Assembly: GCA_963779415.1 (NCBI GenBank)
Contig: CAVZYA010000001.1
Span: forward strand, 128,001 to 192,000
Origin: an uncultured Acidobacteriota bacterium
Lineage (GTDB): Bacteria; Acidobacteriota; Thermoanaerobaculia; UBA5066
DNA length: 64,000 nucleotides
Direction: 5' to 3'
The position numbers and the translations under genes are program-made. The notes under the pieces were generated by a model, which was given only the letters and a program-made list of their open reading frames with translations, was not told the DNA's origin and did no database searches. Below, one piece after another: positions 19,944 through 33,275 of this stretch. Positions within the stretch are counted from its first letter, which is position 1, and the number at the start of each line of letters is the position of its first letter.

Positions 19944-19973
19944 TCCGTGAGCAGACTTCGGGAACGTCATCTA

Positions 19974-20002
19974 TTGACGGGCTGCGGAGGCCGGAGTAGT
20001 CT
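19974..20002 (+). promoter_or_regulatory. Sigma70-type promoter for carD
   Basis: TTGACG-17 nt-TAGTCT, with a GGAGG RBS before GTG 20034. Confidence 0.6.
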
Positions 20003-20033
20003 TCCGTTCCCAACCCGGGAGGAGGCCGTCACC

Positions 20034-20552
20034 GTGTCATTCAAGGTCGGCGACAGGCTCGTCTATCCGAACCACGGAGTCGGCGTGGTCGAGCGGATCC
20101 AGGAATCGCTGCTCGACGGTTCTCCGTCTCCGTGCTACCAGCTGCGCCTGATGTCCAACAATTCCCGGGTGATGGTGCCGATGAGGAACTCGGAACGGAT
20201 CGGGCTTCGCCCGCTGACGCGGCGGGCCGAGGTCGGAAGCGTTTTCCGCGCCCTCGAGAACGGCGCGCAGCCGCTCTCCGGGGACTGGAAGGGGCGGTAC
20301 AAGCAGAACCTCGACAAGATGCGCTCGGGCCGGCTGACCGAGATCGCGGACGTCCTCTCGAACCTCAGCTGGGTCCAGAAGCAGAAGGCGCTTTCGTTCC
20401 GCGAGAAGAAGATGTTCGAGCGGGCCCGCTATCTCATCGTTTCCGAGATCGCCCAGATAAACGGTCTCGCGGAGCGGGAGGTGGAGTCCGAGGTCGACAA
20501 GGCGCTCGGCCGCTCGATGGTCCGACGCCGTTCGGTCCTTCAGGATCACTGA
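20034..20552 (+). CDS. carD: CarD/CdnL-family RNA polymerase-binding transcription factor
   Basis: FKVGDRLVYPNHGVG; conserved Trp in DWKGRYK; LSFREKKMFERA. Confidence 0.92.
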   Translation: MSFKVGDRLVYPNHGVGVVERIQESLLDGSPSPCYQLRLMSNNSRVMVPMRNSERIGLRPLTRRAEVGSVFRALENGAQPLSGDWKGRYKQNLDKMRSGRLTEIADVLSNLSWVQKQKALSFREKKMFERARYLIVSEIAQINGLAEREVESEVDKALGRSMVRRRSVLQDH

Positions 20553-20604
20553 TCGCCGCGGCCCGCGGCGACGGCGGACGGCACTCTCCCGTATAGTCAG
20601 GGGG

Positions 20605-21366
20605 ATGTCGCTGCGTACCGCGGCCGTGTCCGTCGCCCTCGCTCTCGCGATCGTGCTCCCGGCACGCTCGGCAGGCCCCCCCCGGTCCGACGGCGTCTCG
20701 GAGTTCCTGCTTCTTTCCCTCGACATGGAGCGCAAGGGGGCCCTCCAGGATCTCGAGGACCTCGACCGGATCACCGCGCGGATTTCCCGCGCCGAAGAGG
20801 ACTTCGGGGCCGCCATGCAACGGCTCGGCCGCCTCGCACGCGAGATGACGGCCGACCGGCAGTCCGTCGATAACGCGGAGGACGCCGTCGTGGAGGCTGA
20901 GGGCCGGGTCCGCGCAGAGCAGGAGCGGAGGCGGGAGCTTTCGGCCCGTATCGCCGAGCGGGTCCGGCGGATCGCCGCGCTGCGCGGCGAGATCCTCCGG
21001 CGGCGCGAGATCGGCCGGTCGCCGGACGATCCGGTCTCGGGCCGGTGGGAGGTCGTGATCAACCCCGGACCGGTCCGCGGCGTCTTCCGGCTCGTCCTCG
21101 ACGGAACGCTCGTCTGGGGCGATTACACCCTCGAGGGAGGATTCCGCGGGTCGGTTCGCGGGACGCTCGTCGCGGACCGGCTGAGTCTCGAACGGATCGA
21201 CAGCGAGCAGGGCTTCGACGCCCGGTTCTGGGGGCGGCTGAACGCCGCGCAACGACGAATCACGGGAACCTGGGAGGCGACGGCGCTCGCCCCCGCGGTC
21301 GGGCCCGTCGCCGGCTCCTGGACGGCGGCTCCGGCGAAGGAGCCCGAAGAGGGAGAGAAGCCATGA
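20605..21366 (+). CDS. Secreted hypothetical protein (coiled coil + beta-rich C-terminal domain)
   Basis: Signal peptide, heptad-rich middle region, GRWEV...GTW beta segment. Confidence 0.65.
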   Translation: MSLRTAAVSVALALAIVLPARSAGPPRSDGVSEFLLLSLDMERKGALQDLEDLDRITARISRAEEDFGAAMQRLGRLAREMTADRQSVDNAEDAVVEAEGRVRAEQERRRELSARIAERVRRIAALRGEILRRREIGRSPDDPVSGRWEVVINPGPVRGVFRLVLDGTLVWGDYTLEGGFRGSVRGTLVADRLSLERIDSEQGFDARFWGRLNAAQRRITGTWEATALAPAVGPVAGSWTAAPAKEPEEGEKP

Positions 21367-22079
21367 TCTCGGAGAAGGACGATCACATTCCCGCCCCCGC
21401 CGGGCCGGCGAAGAGGAAGGGAGCCGCCGCCGCCGCCGCGACTCGCTCTCTCGGGCTCGCGTGGGGGGACCGGATTCTCTTCGCGGCGCTGGGGCTTCTC
21501 CTCGGCTTTGCGGTCGCCTACATCTATCTCGAGCGCGGCGGGCGCGGGGGGCCGGTCCCGTCGTCCGCGGACCCGCACGCGGGGATCTCGGGCGTTCAGC
21601 CCGGAGCGACCCGCGATCTGCCGGGCTCCGGGGGCGGAGCCCCGGGCATCTCGATGGACCCTTCGGTTCAGAAGGGAATCGCCGATCTTCAGGCGGCCGT
21701 GGCCCGCGACCCGAAGAACGCCGACCTTCTGGTCAACCTGGGGAACGCCGCGTACGACGCGGGAGACTGGCGCCTCGCCGTCGACTCGTACGAGCGCGCC
21801 ATCACGCTCAAGGGGGACGATCCGAACGTCCTGACCGACCTCGGCGTCTCGTACCGGAATCTCGGCGATCCGGAAAAGGCGCTCGCCCGGTTCGACCGTG
21901 CGCTCAAGGCCGATCCGGGGCACTGGCAGGCTCTCTACAACAAGACCGTCGTCCTCGGGATCGACAAGGGCGAAACGAAGAAGGCGAAGGAGCTGCTCGC
22001 GAAGCTGAAGGCGAGCGGCCAGAACGGCGCCAACGTCGAACAGCTCGAGAAGTCGATCGATCAGGCGGCCGGTCGCTAG
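21363..22079 (+). CDS. Membrane-anchored TPR protein
   Basis: ATG 21363 overlaps the upstream stop; one TM helix, then DPHAG and TPRs (LGNAAYD, VLTDLGVSY, ALYNK). Confidence 0.75.
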   Translation: MISEKDDHIPAPAGPAKRKGAAAAAATRSLGLAWGDRILFAALGLLLGFAVAYIYLERGGRGGPVPSSADPHAGISGVQPGATRDLPGSGGGAPGISMDPSVQKGIADLQAAVARDPKNADLLVNLGNAAYDAGDWRLAVDSYERAITLKGDDPNVLTDLGVSYRNLGDPEKALARFDRALKADPGHWQALYNKTVVLGIDKGETKKAKELLAKLKASGQNGANVEQLEKSIDQAAGR

Positions 22080-22095
22080 GGGGAGGGCCGGGCCG

Positions 22096-23481
22096 ATGTC
22101 CGGCGAGCTCTTCGACGAACCCGACCCGTCCGAAGAGGCTCAGGTACCGGCCGTGCCGCCGACGGGAGCTCCTCTCGCCGACCGGATCCGCCCCCGGGAC
22201 CTTGCCGAGGTCGTCGGTCCGCCCGAGCTCGTCGGGCCGGAGTCGTTTCTCGGGAAGGCCATCGCGGAGGACCGCGTTCCGTCGCTCGTCTTCTGGGGCC
22301 CGCCGGGATCCGGGAAGACGACGCTGGCGCGTCTCATTGCGGCCCGGACGCGTGCCCGTTTCGTCGCCTTCTCGGCCGTCGTCTCCGGCATCAAGGAGAT
22401 CAAGGCCGTCATGGAGGAGGCCGGACGCGTCCGGCGCAGCGGACGGCGGACGCTTCTCTTCGTCGACGAGATCCACCGCTTCAACCGTGCGCAGCAGGAC
22501 GCCTTCCTGCCGTTCGTCGAGACGGGAGTGATCGTCCTGGTCGGCGCGACGACGGAGAACCCTTCGTTCGAGCTGAACGGCGCGCTCCTCTCGCGCCTGC
22601 GCGTCGTCATTCTTCCTCCGATCGCGGAGGCCGACCTGATCGTCCTGATGAAGCGAGCGCTCGCGGACCCCACGAGGGGCCTTGCGGCAAGGGTCACGGT
22701 CGAAGAGGACGCCTTCGAATGGCTCGCCCGGTTCGCCGACGGCGACGCACGGCGAGCCCTCACGGCTCTCGAATCCGCGGTCGCCCAGATCCCTTTCGAA
22801 GAGAATCCCCCAGCGCTCTCGGTCTCCCTTCTCGAAGAGATGTTCCGGCGCAAGGTCCTTCTCTACGACAAGTCGGGCGAGGAGCATTTCAACCTGATCT
22901 CGGCTCTCCACAAGTCGCTCCGCGACTCGGACGTGGACGCCTCGCTCTACTGGCTCGCCCGGATTCTGGAAGCGGGCGAGGACCCGCTCTACGTCGCCCG
23001 GCGGCTCGTCCGCTTCGCGTCGGAGGACGTGGGCCTCGCCGATCCCGGAGCGCTTCGCGTCGCGCTCGACGGGAAGGACGCCGTCGACTTCATCGGCCTG
23101 CCCGAGGGGGCGCTCGCCCTCGCCCAGGTCGCCGTCACTCTCGCCCTCGCCCCGAAGTCGAATGCGCTCTACACGGCATACGGAGCGGCCGTCTCCGACG
23201 TGAGGGAGCGTCCGAACGAGCCGCCGCCGCTTTCGATCCGCAACGCCCCGACGAAGCTGATGAAGGAATCGGGCTACGGAGCCGGCTATCTCTACGCGCA
23301 CGACCTCGCGGAGAAGACCGCCGGCCTCGACTGCCTCCCCGACGCGCTTCGCGACCGGATCTACTACCGGCCGACCACCGAAGGGAAGGAAGCGAGGTTC
23401 AAGGAGCGGGCCGACGCGATCCGGAAGCTGCGGCAAGAGCTGAAGAGGAAGAGAAGGGGAGAGGGGGAACGACGAGGGTGA
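22096..23481 (+). CDS. rarA: Replication-associated recombination protein RarA/MgsA
   Basis: Motifs PLADRIRP, GPPGSGKTT, DEIHRFN, ATTENPSF, ISALHKS, SEDVG. Confidence 0.96.
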   Translation: MSGELFDEPDPSEEAQVPAVPPTGAPLADRIRPRDLAEVVGPPELVGPESFLGKAIAEDRVPSLVFWGPPGSGKTTLARLIAARTRARFVAFSAVVSGIKEIKAVMEEAGRVRRSGRRTLLFVDEIHRFNRAQQDAFLPFVETGVIVLVGATTENPSFELNGALLSRLRVVILPPIAEADLIVLMKRALADPTRGLAARVTVEEDAFEWLARFADGDARRALTALESAVAQIPFEENPPALSVSLLEEMFRRKVLLYDKSGEEHFNLISALHKSLRDSDVDASLYWLARILEAGEDPLYVARRLVRFASEDVGLADPGALRVALDGKDAVDFIGLPEGALALAQVAVTLALAPKSNALYTAYGAAVSDVRERPNEPPPLSIRNAPTKLMKESGYGAGYLYAHDLAEKTAGLDCLPDALRDRIYYRPTTEGKEARFKERADAIRKLRQELKRKRRGEGERRG

Positions 23482-23537
23482 GGAGATCCAGGGAGAGAAA
23501 AGCCGTAGAGAAAAGGACCGGAGGAAGAACCACGAGA

Positions 23538-23630
23538 GACTTCTTAGAAGGTGAATCGGTCACGGGCGCGGGCTAAGCTCACGATATGCGCCTCGACCTG
23601 ACCAGAGTTCTATTACCTTCTAAGAAAATC
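23538..23630. repeat. Inverted pair of the dispersed TTCTNAGAA motif flanking the redoxin promoter and start codon
   Basis: TTCTTAGAAGGT (23541-23552) and ACCTTCTAAGAA (23615-23626) are exact reverse complements. Confidence 0.75.
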
Positions 23631-24896
23631 CCTTGGTCGGTCTCCCTCTTTCTTGTCGTTACTCTTATCGTTCTCTCCGGGTCCGCGCTTGCCCAGCCCG
23701 CTTCCGGCTTCGATCCCGTCGGCCTCTGGTACGCGCGGCTCTCGCCGACGGAGAACAACCCCGTGGAGTTCCAGGTCCGGATCTCGAGGAAGAAGAGCGC
23801 GCTTTCGGCGGCGCTGATCAACGGAACGGCCTCCGAGCCGTTCAGCGGCGTTGCCTGGGACGGGGCGACCCTCACACTCGAGATGGCGCACTACGACGCG
23901 AAGATCGTCGCGACGCCGAAAGAGGGGGGCCTGGAAGGGACGTTCACCCGGATCGTCGCGGGAGGGACGCGGGAGTTCCCGTTCTCGGCGACCCGGACGG
24001 CGCCTCCTCCGGTCGCCGTGAAGAAGCCGGGGCTCTCCGTTTCGGGGTCTTGGGCGGTCGAGATCGCGTTTCCCGGAAAGAGCCCGGAGAAGGTCACGGC
24101 GCTCCTCTCGCAGAAAGGAACCGTGGTGACAGGAACGATGGCGTCGGTGAGCGGGGATTACGGACCGCTCCACGGGACGTTCGACGGCCAAGAGCTGGTC
24201 CTCACGGTCTTCAACGGGATCTTCGTCTATCGCTTCACGGGCGAGCTTCTGCCGGACGGAACGCTCGCGGGCGAGTACCTTTCGTCCAGGCTCCCGCCGG
24301 TCGACTGGAGGGGGAAGAGACAGTCTGTCGTCGCCGACTTCGCCGGCCTGAAGCCGACGGAGCCCGAAAAGCCGTTCGTCTTCGCCCTCCCCGCAATGGA
24401 CGGAAAGAGGCTCTCGTCGACGGAGCCTCCCTTCGCGGGGAAGGCGATGATCGTCACCGCCATGGGGTCGTGGTGCCCGAACTGCCACGACGAGGCGCCG
24501 GTTCTCGAGGAGCTCTGGAGGAAGTACCGGGCGCGAGGGCTCGAGGTCGTCGCCTTCACCTACGAGTACACGGACGACCTGGAACGGAGCCGGCGGCTCG
24601 TGGCGGAGTTCCGGAAGCGAAATGGCGTCACCTACCCGATCCTCTGGGCCGGGACGACGAAGGACGCCGCCTCCTCGCCGCTCTTTGCCCGCGTGGACGG
24701 GCCGCGCGCCTATCCGACGACGTTCTTCCTCGATCGGCAGCACCGGATCGTGGGTGTCCACTCCGGATTCGACGGACCGGCAACCGGCGCGCGCTTCAAG
24801 AAGCTGAAGAAGGAATGGGAAGAAACGGTGCGAAAGCTCGTCGGAGCGGCGGATGAGTTCCCGGTCCCGGACGCGACGTCGATCGGGGTCAACTAG
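23586..24896 (+). CDS. Exported TlpA/ResA-like thiol-disulfide oxidoreductase with N-terminal beta domains
   Basis: Signal peptide; C-terminal thioredoxin fold with SWCPNC and cis-Pro motif YPTTFFLDR. Confidence 0.85.
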   Translation: MRLDLTRVLLPSKKIPWSVSLFLVVTLIVLSGSALAQPASGFDPVGLWYARLSPTENNPVEFQVRISRKKSALSAALINGTASEPFSGVAWDGATLTLEMAHYDAKIVATPKEGGLEGTFTRIVAGGTREFPFSATRTAPPPVAVKKPGLSVSGSWAVEIAFPGKSPEKVTALLSQKGTVVTGTMASVSGDYGPLHGTFDGQELVLTVFNGIFVYRFTGELLPDGTLAGEYLSSRLPPVDWRGKRQSVVADFAGLKPTEPEKPFVFALPAMDGKRLSSTEPPFAGKAMIVTAMGSWCPNCHDEAPVLEELWRKYRARGLEVVAFTYEYTDDLERSRRLVAEFRKRNGVTYPILWAGTTKDAASSPLFARVDGPRAYPTTFFLDRQHRIVGVHSGFDGPATGARFKKLKKEWEETVRKLVGAADEFPVPDATSIGVN

Positions 24897-24910
24897 AAGG
24901 GATCTCCCGC

Positions 24911-26375
<1,465 letters not shown>

Positions 26376-26386
<11 letters not shown>

Positions 26387-27686
26387 GCGGATTCATACCA
26401 CGAGACGCGCGGACGCGCAGGGTGGCTGGGAGGAGACGGACGAGCCAGAGGACGACACTCCCCCACGCGAGCAGGAGAGCGAGGGGGTTGACGGCGTTCA
26501 GGCGGAGGACCTCGGCCCAGACCGCCATGCCGAAAAGCGAGTAGAGAGTCGCCGGAACCGCCTCGCGCCGGCCCGGTGAGAAGGCGAGCGGCCAGAGGAG
26601 CATCTGGAATCCGAACCCCGGGGAGAGGGCGAAGAAGACGAGCGTCGCGGCGCGGCTCGCGAGGAGGCCGTTGTCGCCCCGGCGAACCATGAGGTAGGCG
26701 AGGGCGCTTCCGAGGAGGAGGGCGGCATACGAGACGAAGACCGGCGGGAACGGGAGCTCACCCCCGAACAGCTCCAGGAGGTAGTACCACCCCCAGAGGC
26801 CGTGAAGGCTGGCATACCGGATCACGTTCCGGAAGACGGGCCCGGGAAGGACGAGAGCGTAGGGGACGACGAGGAGGAGAAACGGTCCGGCCGCGAGAAT
26901 CGCGTCGCGGAGCCGTATTCCCCAGCCTCGCGAGAAGCCGAGGAAGGCGGCGACGAACGCGACGACGATCTGCTTCAGGGCGACGGCGGCTCCGACGAGC
27001 AGGGCCGGAGCGAGCGTCGCGCCACGCGACCGTCCGCGCACGGCCACCGCGAGGGCGAGAATGAAGATTCCGATGGCGAGCGCGTCGAACTGGGCGCCGA
27101 AGGCGCTCACGGCGATCGGGACGGGGTTCACCCACCAGAGGGCGGCTCGCGCCGTGCCGCGGCGGCGGGTCGCCGTTCCCCGCCCGTGGAAGAGGAGGGC
27201 CAGCGCGACGAGGGCGTCCCCGAGCATGGCGACGACCCGGAACCCGAAGACCGGACGGACGTGGGCGGCGCGCGCGGCGGCGTCGGTGGCGGAGAGGACG
27301 TGCCACCAGACCGGGCTGTAGTTGTAGCGGTCCGTGACCTCGTAGACGATGTCTCCGTGGCGAACGGCCTGGACGACGATCTGGTACGAATCGAGGTCCC
27401 AGGTGGGGGGCGCGACCCACGCGAGCGCGAGGCGGACGGCGCCACCGGCGATGAGCGCGGCGAGCGCGGCGGATCCCAGGCGGCGGGCGCGAGCCGTCCG
27501 GACGCCCAGGACGAAGGCCCCGGCGCTTCCGGCGAGAAAGAGGCCGGTCGAGGCGAGACGCGTCCGTCCTCCCGGGCCGAAGACCCCGAGCGCGGCCAGG
27601 AACGAGAGGAAGGCGAGGAGCAGAAGGAGCCCCGCCACGACGACTCCCGGGGTGCGGTCGAGCGCGCGGCGGAATGTCGTGGTCAC
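26376..27686 (-). CDS. Polytopic membrane protein, GT-C glycosyltransferase-like (GT87/DUF2029)
   Basis: About 12 TM helices; motifs [30 protein letters not shown]. Confidence 0.6.
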
Positions 27687-27708
27687 GATGACGGCCGGTG
27701 CCGCCCTC

Positions 27709-30533
<2,825 letters not shown>

Positions 30534-30611
30534 GAAGGCTTTAGCGCGCACCCGGTACGCGAAAATGTAATGTTAGCAGAGCGGTTCTAGTCTTTCGGAC
30601 GCGGAAGGGGT

Positions 30612-30639
30612 CGGGGGAACCCGGTCGCGGGTTCCCCCG
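30612..30639. repeat. G/C-run hairpin between the M23 gene and secA
   Basis: CGGGGGAACCCG-GTCG-CGGGTTCCCCCG, a 12-bp perfect stem preceded by GAAGGGGT. Confidence 0.65.
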
Positions 30640-30659
30640 GAACATTGACAGCGGAAGTT

Positions 30660-30694
30660 ACTCGTTCTGATTCGCGAAGCGAATCAGAACGAGT
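30660..30694 (-). terminator. 16-bp perfect hairpin overlapping the M23 peptidase stop codon
   Basis: ACTCGTTCTGATTCGC-GAA-GCGAATCAGAACGAGT; no strong U-tract. Confidence 0.5.
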
Positions 30695-31562
30695 TGAGGA
30701 CGTACTCGAGCGGGTTTACCGGCTTCCCTTCGAGATGCACCTCGTAGTGGAGGTGGGGCCCGGTGGAGCGCCCCGTCGAGCCTACCAGGCCGATCAGGTC
30801 TCCCCGCTTGACCCGTTGGCCCTCCGTCACGCGCGCCGCCCCGAGGTGTCCGAAGAGCGTCGTGACTCCGTAGCCGTGCGAGATGAGAATGATCCGCCCG
30901 TAGCCTTTATCCCATCCGACCCGGACCACGGTCCCGCCAGCGGGGGAGAAAACCCGGTTTCCCGAGGGCGTCGAGATGTCGATTCCGGTGTGAAACTCGC
31001 GATCGCCGGTGAACGGATCGTTCCGGAGGCCGAAGCCTGCGGTCAGTATTCCAGCCGCCGGCGCGAGCGTGGGAGTGAGGGCGAGCCGGTCGGCCTGAAG
31101 GGTGAGTTTCCGCTCGACGGTCTCGAGGCGCGAGGAGAGAAGGCCGCTCCGACGCGTCGCCTCGGTCATGCCGAGTTCGACGGAAGCGGTCGCGTCGAGA
31201 GGAATCGCCGCCAGTCCCCCGACGCCGCCCGTTCCCGGGTCGTTCACCGCGGAGAGGCCTGCCGCGATGGAAAGAAGGCGCGTTTTCTCCTCGAACTCGG
31301 TCAGCTGCTTTTCGAGGCCTTCGAGCTTTCCGTTCAGGTCGCGGGCGCGGGTCCGGAGGTCCTGGTTCTCGGCGACGAGAGCCGAAAACTCGCGGTTCTG
31401 CCGGATCGAACGGACCCAGAGAGCCGTGAAGGTGGCGCCGACGGCGACCGAAAGAAAGACGAATGCGGCGGCACCCCAGAGAAGCCGGGTGGAGACGCGG
31501 AACTGACGAAACCGCGCCCGGGCATGCGGGACGAAAATGATTGTGTGCTTGTCCGTCGGCAT
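30684..31562 (-). CDS. M23-family metallopeptidase with N-terminal TM helix and coiled coil
   Basis: Motifs HTGIDI, LFGHL, GRSTGPHLHYEV; start at MPTDKHTIIFVPH. Confidence 0.92.
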   Translation of the reverse strand: MPTDKHTIIFVPHARARFRQFRVSTRLLWGAAAFVFLSVAVGATFTALWVRSIRQNREFSALVAENQDLRTRARDLNGKLEGLEKQLTEFEEKTRLLSIAAGLSAVNDPGTGGVGGLAAIPLDATASVELGMTEATRRSGLLSSRLETVERKLTLQADRLALTPTLAPAAGILTAGFGLRNDPFTGDREFHTGIDISTPSGNRVFSPAGGTVVRVGWDKGYGRIILISHGYGVTTLFGHLGAARVTEGQRVKRGDLIGLVGSTGRSTGPHLHYEVHLEGKPVNPLEYVLNSF

Positions 31563-31636
31563 GGTTTTTCTCTGGCGTCCACCCGTGCGAACAGACCTGT
31601 TCCCCCTACCCGGGGAATTCCCTGATCTACGGCGGG

Positions 31637-31664
31637 AGTCTATTCCCCCCCCGGATCGAGTCAA
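31637..31664 (-). promoter_or_regulatory. Sigma70-type promoter for the M23 gene
   Basis: TTGACT-16 nt-TAGACT on the minus strand; the spacer contains a homopolymer run. Confidence 0.55.
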
Positions 31665-31683
31665 GCGAAAACGGCCCCGGGCC

Positions 31684-33213
31684 TCAGGTCCCCGGCGTTG
31701 TGCCGGACGGCCGATAACGGATCGCTTCGGCGACGTGCGCCTCGGTGACGCCTTCCTCGCCCGCGAGATCGGCGATCGTGAGCCCCAGCCGGAGGACCCG
31801 GCTGTAGGCGCGTGCCGAAAGGCCGAGCCGGTCGACGGCCCGCTCGAGGAGCTTGCGGGCCCCGTCCGCCAGACGCGAGTCACGTTTCAGGGTCCGTCCC
31901 GAGAGCGCGCTGTTCGTTAGGCGGGGATCGCCGGTTCTCCGGAGCTGGCGTCCTCGTGCGGTCACGACCCGGGCGCGAACCGCCGAGGAGGATTCGCCGT
32001 CGCTTCCCGCGGCGAAATCCGCCGCAGCGAGGGCCGGGACCTCGACGTGAAGGTCGATCCGGTCGAGAAGCGGGCCGGAGATCTTACGGCGGTAGCGTGC
32101 GATGTCGCGTTCGGTGCAGCGGCAGGCATGGCGCGGATCCCCGCGGAAGCCGCAGGGACACGGGTTCATCGCGGCCATCAGGAGGAAGCGGGCCGGAAAG
32201 CTCCGGGACCCCGCGGCCCGCGCCACCGAGACCACGCCGTCCTCGAGGGGCTCGCGCAGGGCTTCGAGCGCATCGCGCCGGAACTCGGGCAGCTCGTCGA
32301 GAAACAGGACACCGAAGTGGGCGAGAGAAAGCTCGCCGGGCTTCGGGTCGGCCCCGCCGCCGGCGAGGGCGACGGCCGAAGCGCCATGATGCGGCGAGCG
32401 GAAGGGGCGGTGACGGAGGAGTCCGGATCCGGCGGGCAGCCGGCCGGCGACGCTCCAGACGCGCGTGACCTCGAGCGCCTCCTCGCGGGAAAGCGGCGGA
32501 AGGAGGCCGGGAAGCCGCCGGGCGAGCATCGTCTTGCCGGCGCCCGGTGGACCGGACATCAGGATGTTGTGGCCGCCGGCCGCCGCGATCTCGAGGGCGC
32601 GGCGCGCGACGGCCTGTCCTCGCACGTCGGAGAGGTCGTACTCGGGCTCGGGAGCGGCGGTGTCGGCGACGCCGGTAGCGTCGAAGACGGGAAGAATCTC
32701 GCGGCCACAGACATGCGCGATCGCCGCGCCGAGGTGGGTGACGGGCCGGACGACGACGTTCCCGACCGCGGCGGCTTCGGCGGCGTTCTCGGCGGGGACG
32801 AGAAGTTCCGGCCGACCCTGCCGCACGGAATCTTCCGCGACCGCGAGGACGCCGGGAACCGGCCGGAGAGCGCCGTCGAGGGCCAGCTCCCCGAGAAGCG
32901 TGACGTGAGCGAGCGGTTCGGCCGGAACGTCGCCGTTCGCCGCGAGAATCGAGAGGGCCGCCGCGAGGTCGAGGGCCGTGCCAGCCTTCGGCAGGTCGGC
33001 CGGGGCGAGGTTCACGACGACGTTCTTTCCGGGGAGCGGAAAGCCGACGTGACGGAGTGCGGCGCGAATCCGCTCGCGGCTCTCCTTCACGGCCATGTCG
33101 GCGAGACCCACGATCGTCAGCCCCGGGAGACCGGCGCCGATGGCGGTCTCGACGATGACGGTCTGCGCGTCGAGTCCGACGACGGCGGCGGAGAACGCTC
33201 TGGCGACGGTCAC
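31684..33213 (-). CDS. comM: YifB/ComM-family Mg-chelatase-like AAA+ ATPase
   Basis: Motifs NLAPADLPK, GPPGAGKTMLARR, PFRSPHH, LFLDELPEF, MNPCPCG, GPLLDRID. Confidence 0.93.
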   Translation of the reverse strand: MTVARAFSAAVVGLDAQTVIVETAIGAGLPGLTIVGLADMAVKESRERIRAALRHVGFPLPGKNVVVNLAPADLPKAGTALDLAAALSILAANGDVPAEPLAHVTLLGELALDGALRPVPGVLAVAEDSVRQGRPELLVPAENAAEAAAVGNVVVRPVTHLGAAIAHVCGREILPVFDATGVADTAAPEPEYDLSDVRGQAVARRALEIAAAGGHNILMSGPPGAGKTMLARRLPGLLPPLSREEALEVTRVWSVAGRLPAGSGLLRHRPFRSPHHGASAVALAGGGADPKPGELSLAHFGVLFLDELPEFRRDALEALREPLEDGVVSVARAAGSRSFPARFLLMAAMNPCPCGFRGDPRHACRCTERDIARYRRKISGPLLDRIDLHVEVPALAAADFAAGSDGESSSAVRARVVTARGRQLRRTGDPRLTNSALSGRTLKRDSRLADGARKLLERAVDRLGLSARAYSRVLRLGLTIADLAGEEGVTEAHVAEAIRYRPSGTTPGT

Positions 33214-33275
33214 GGCAGGATGACCGCCGAAGGTTAGCCCAGGAGAGGCTGGCGCGTCAGGGCGACTCCCGGCTT

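Noticed and set aside
19858-20033. tRNA-Leu as an integration site for an island
   Set aside because: No integrase, no duplicated tRNA 3' end seen, and the flanking genes are housekeeping.
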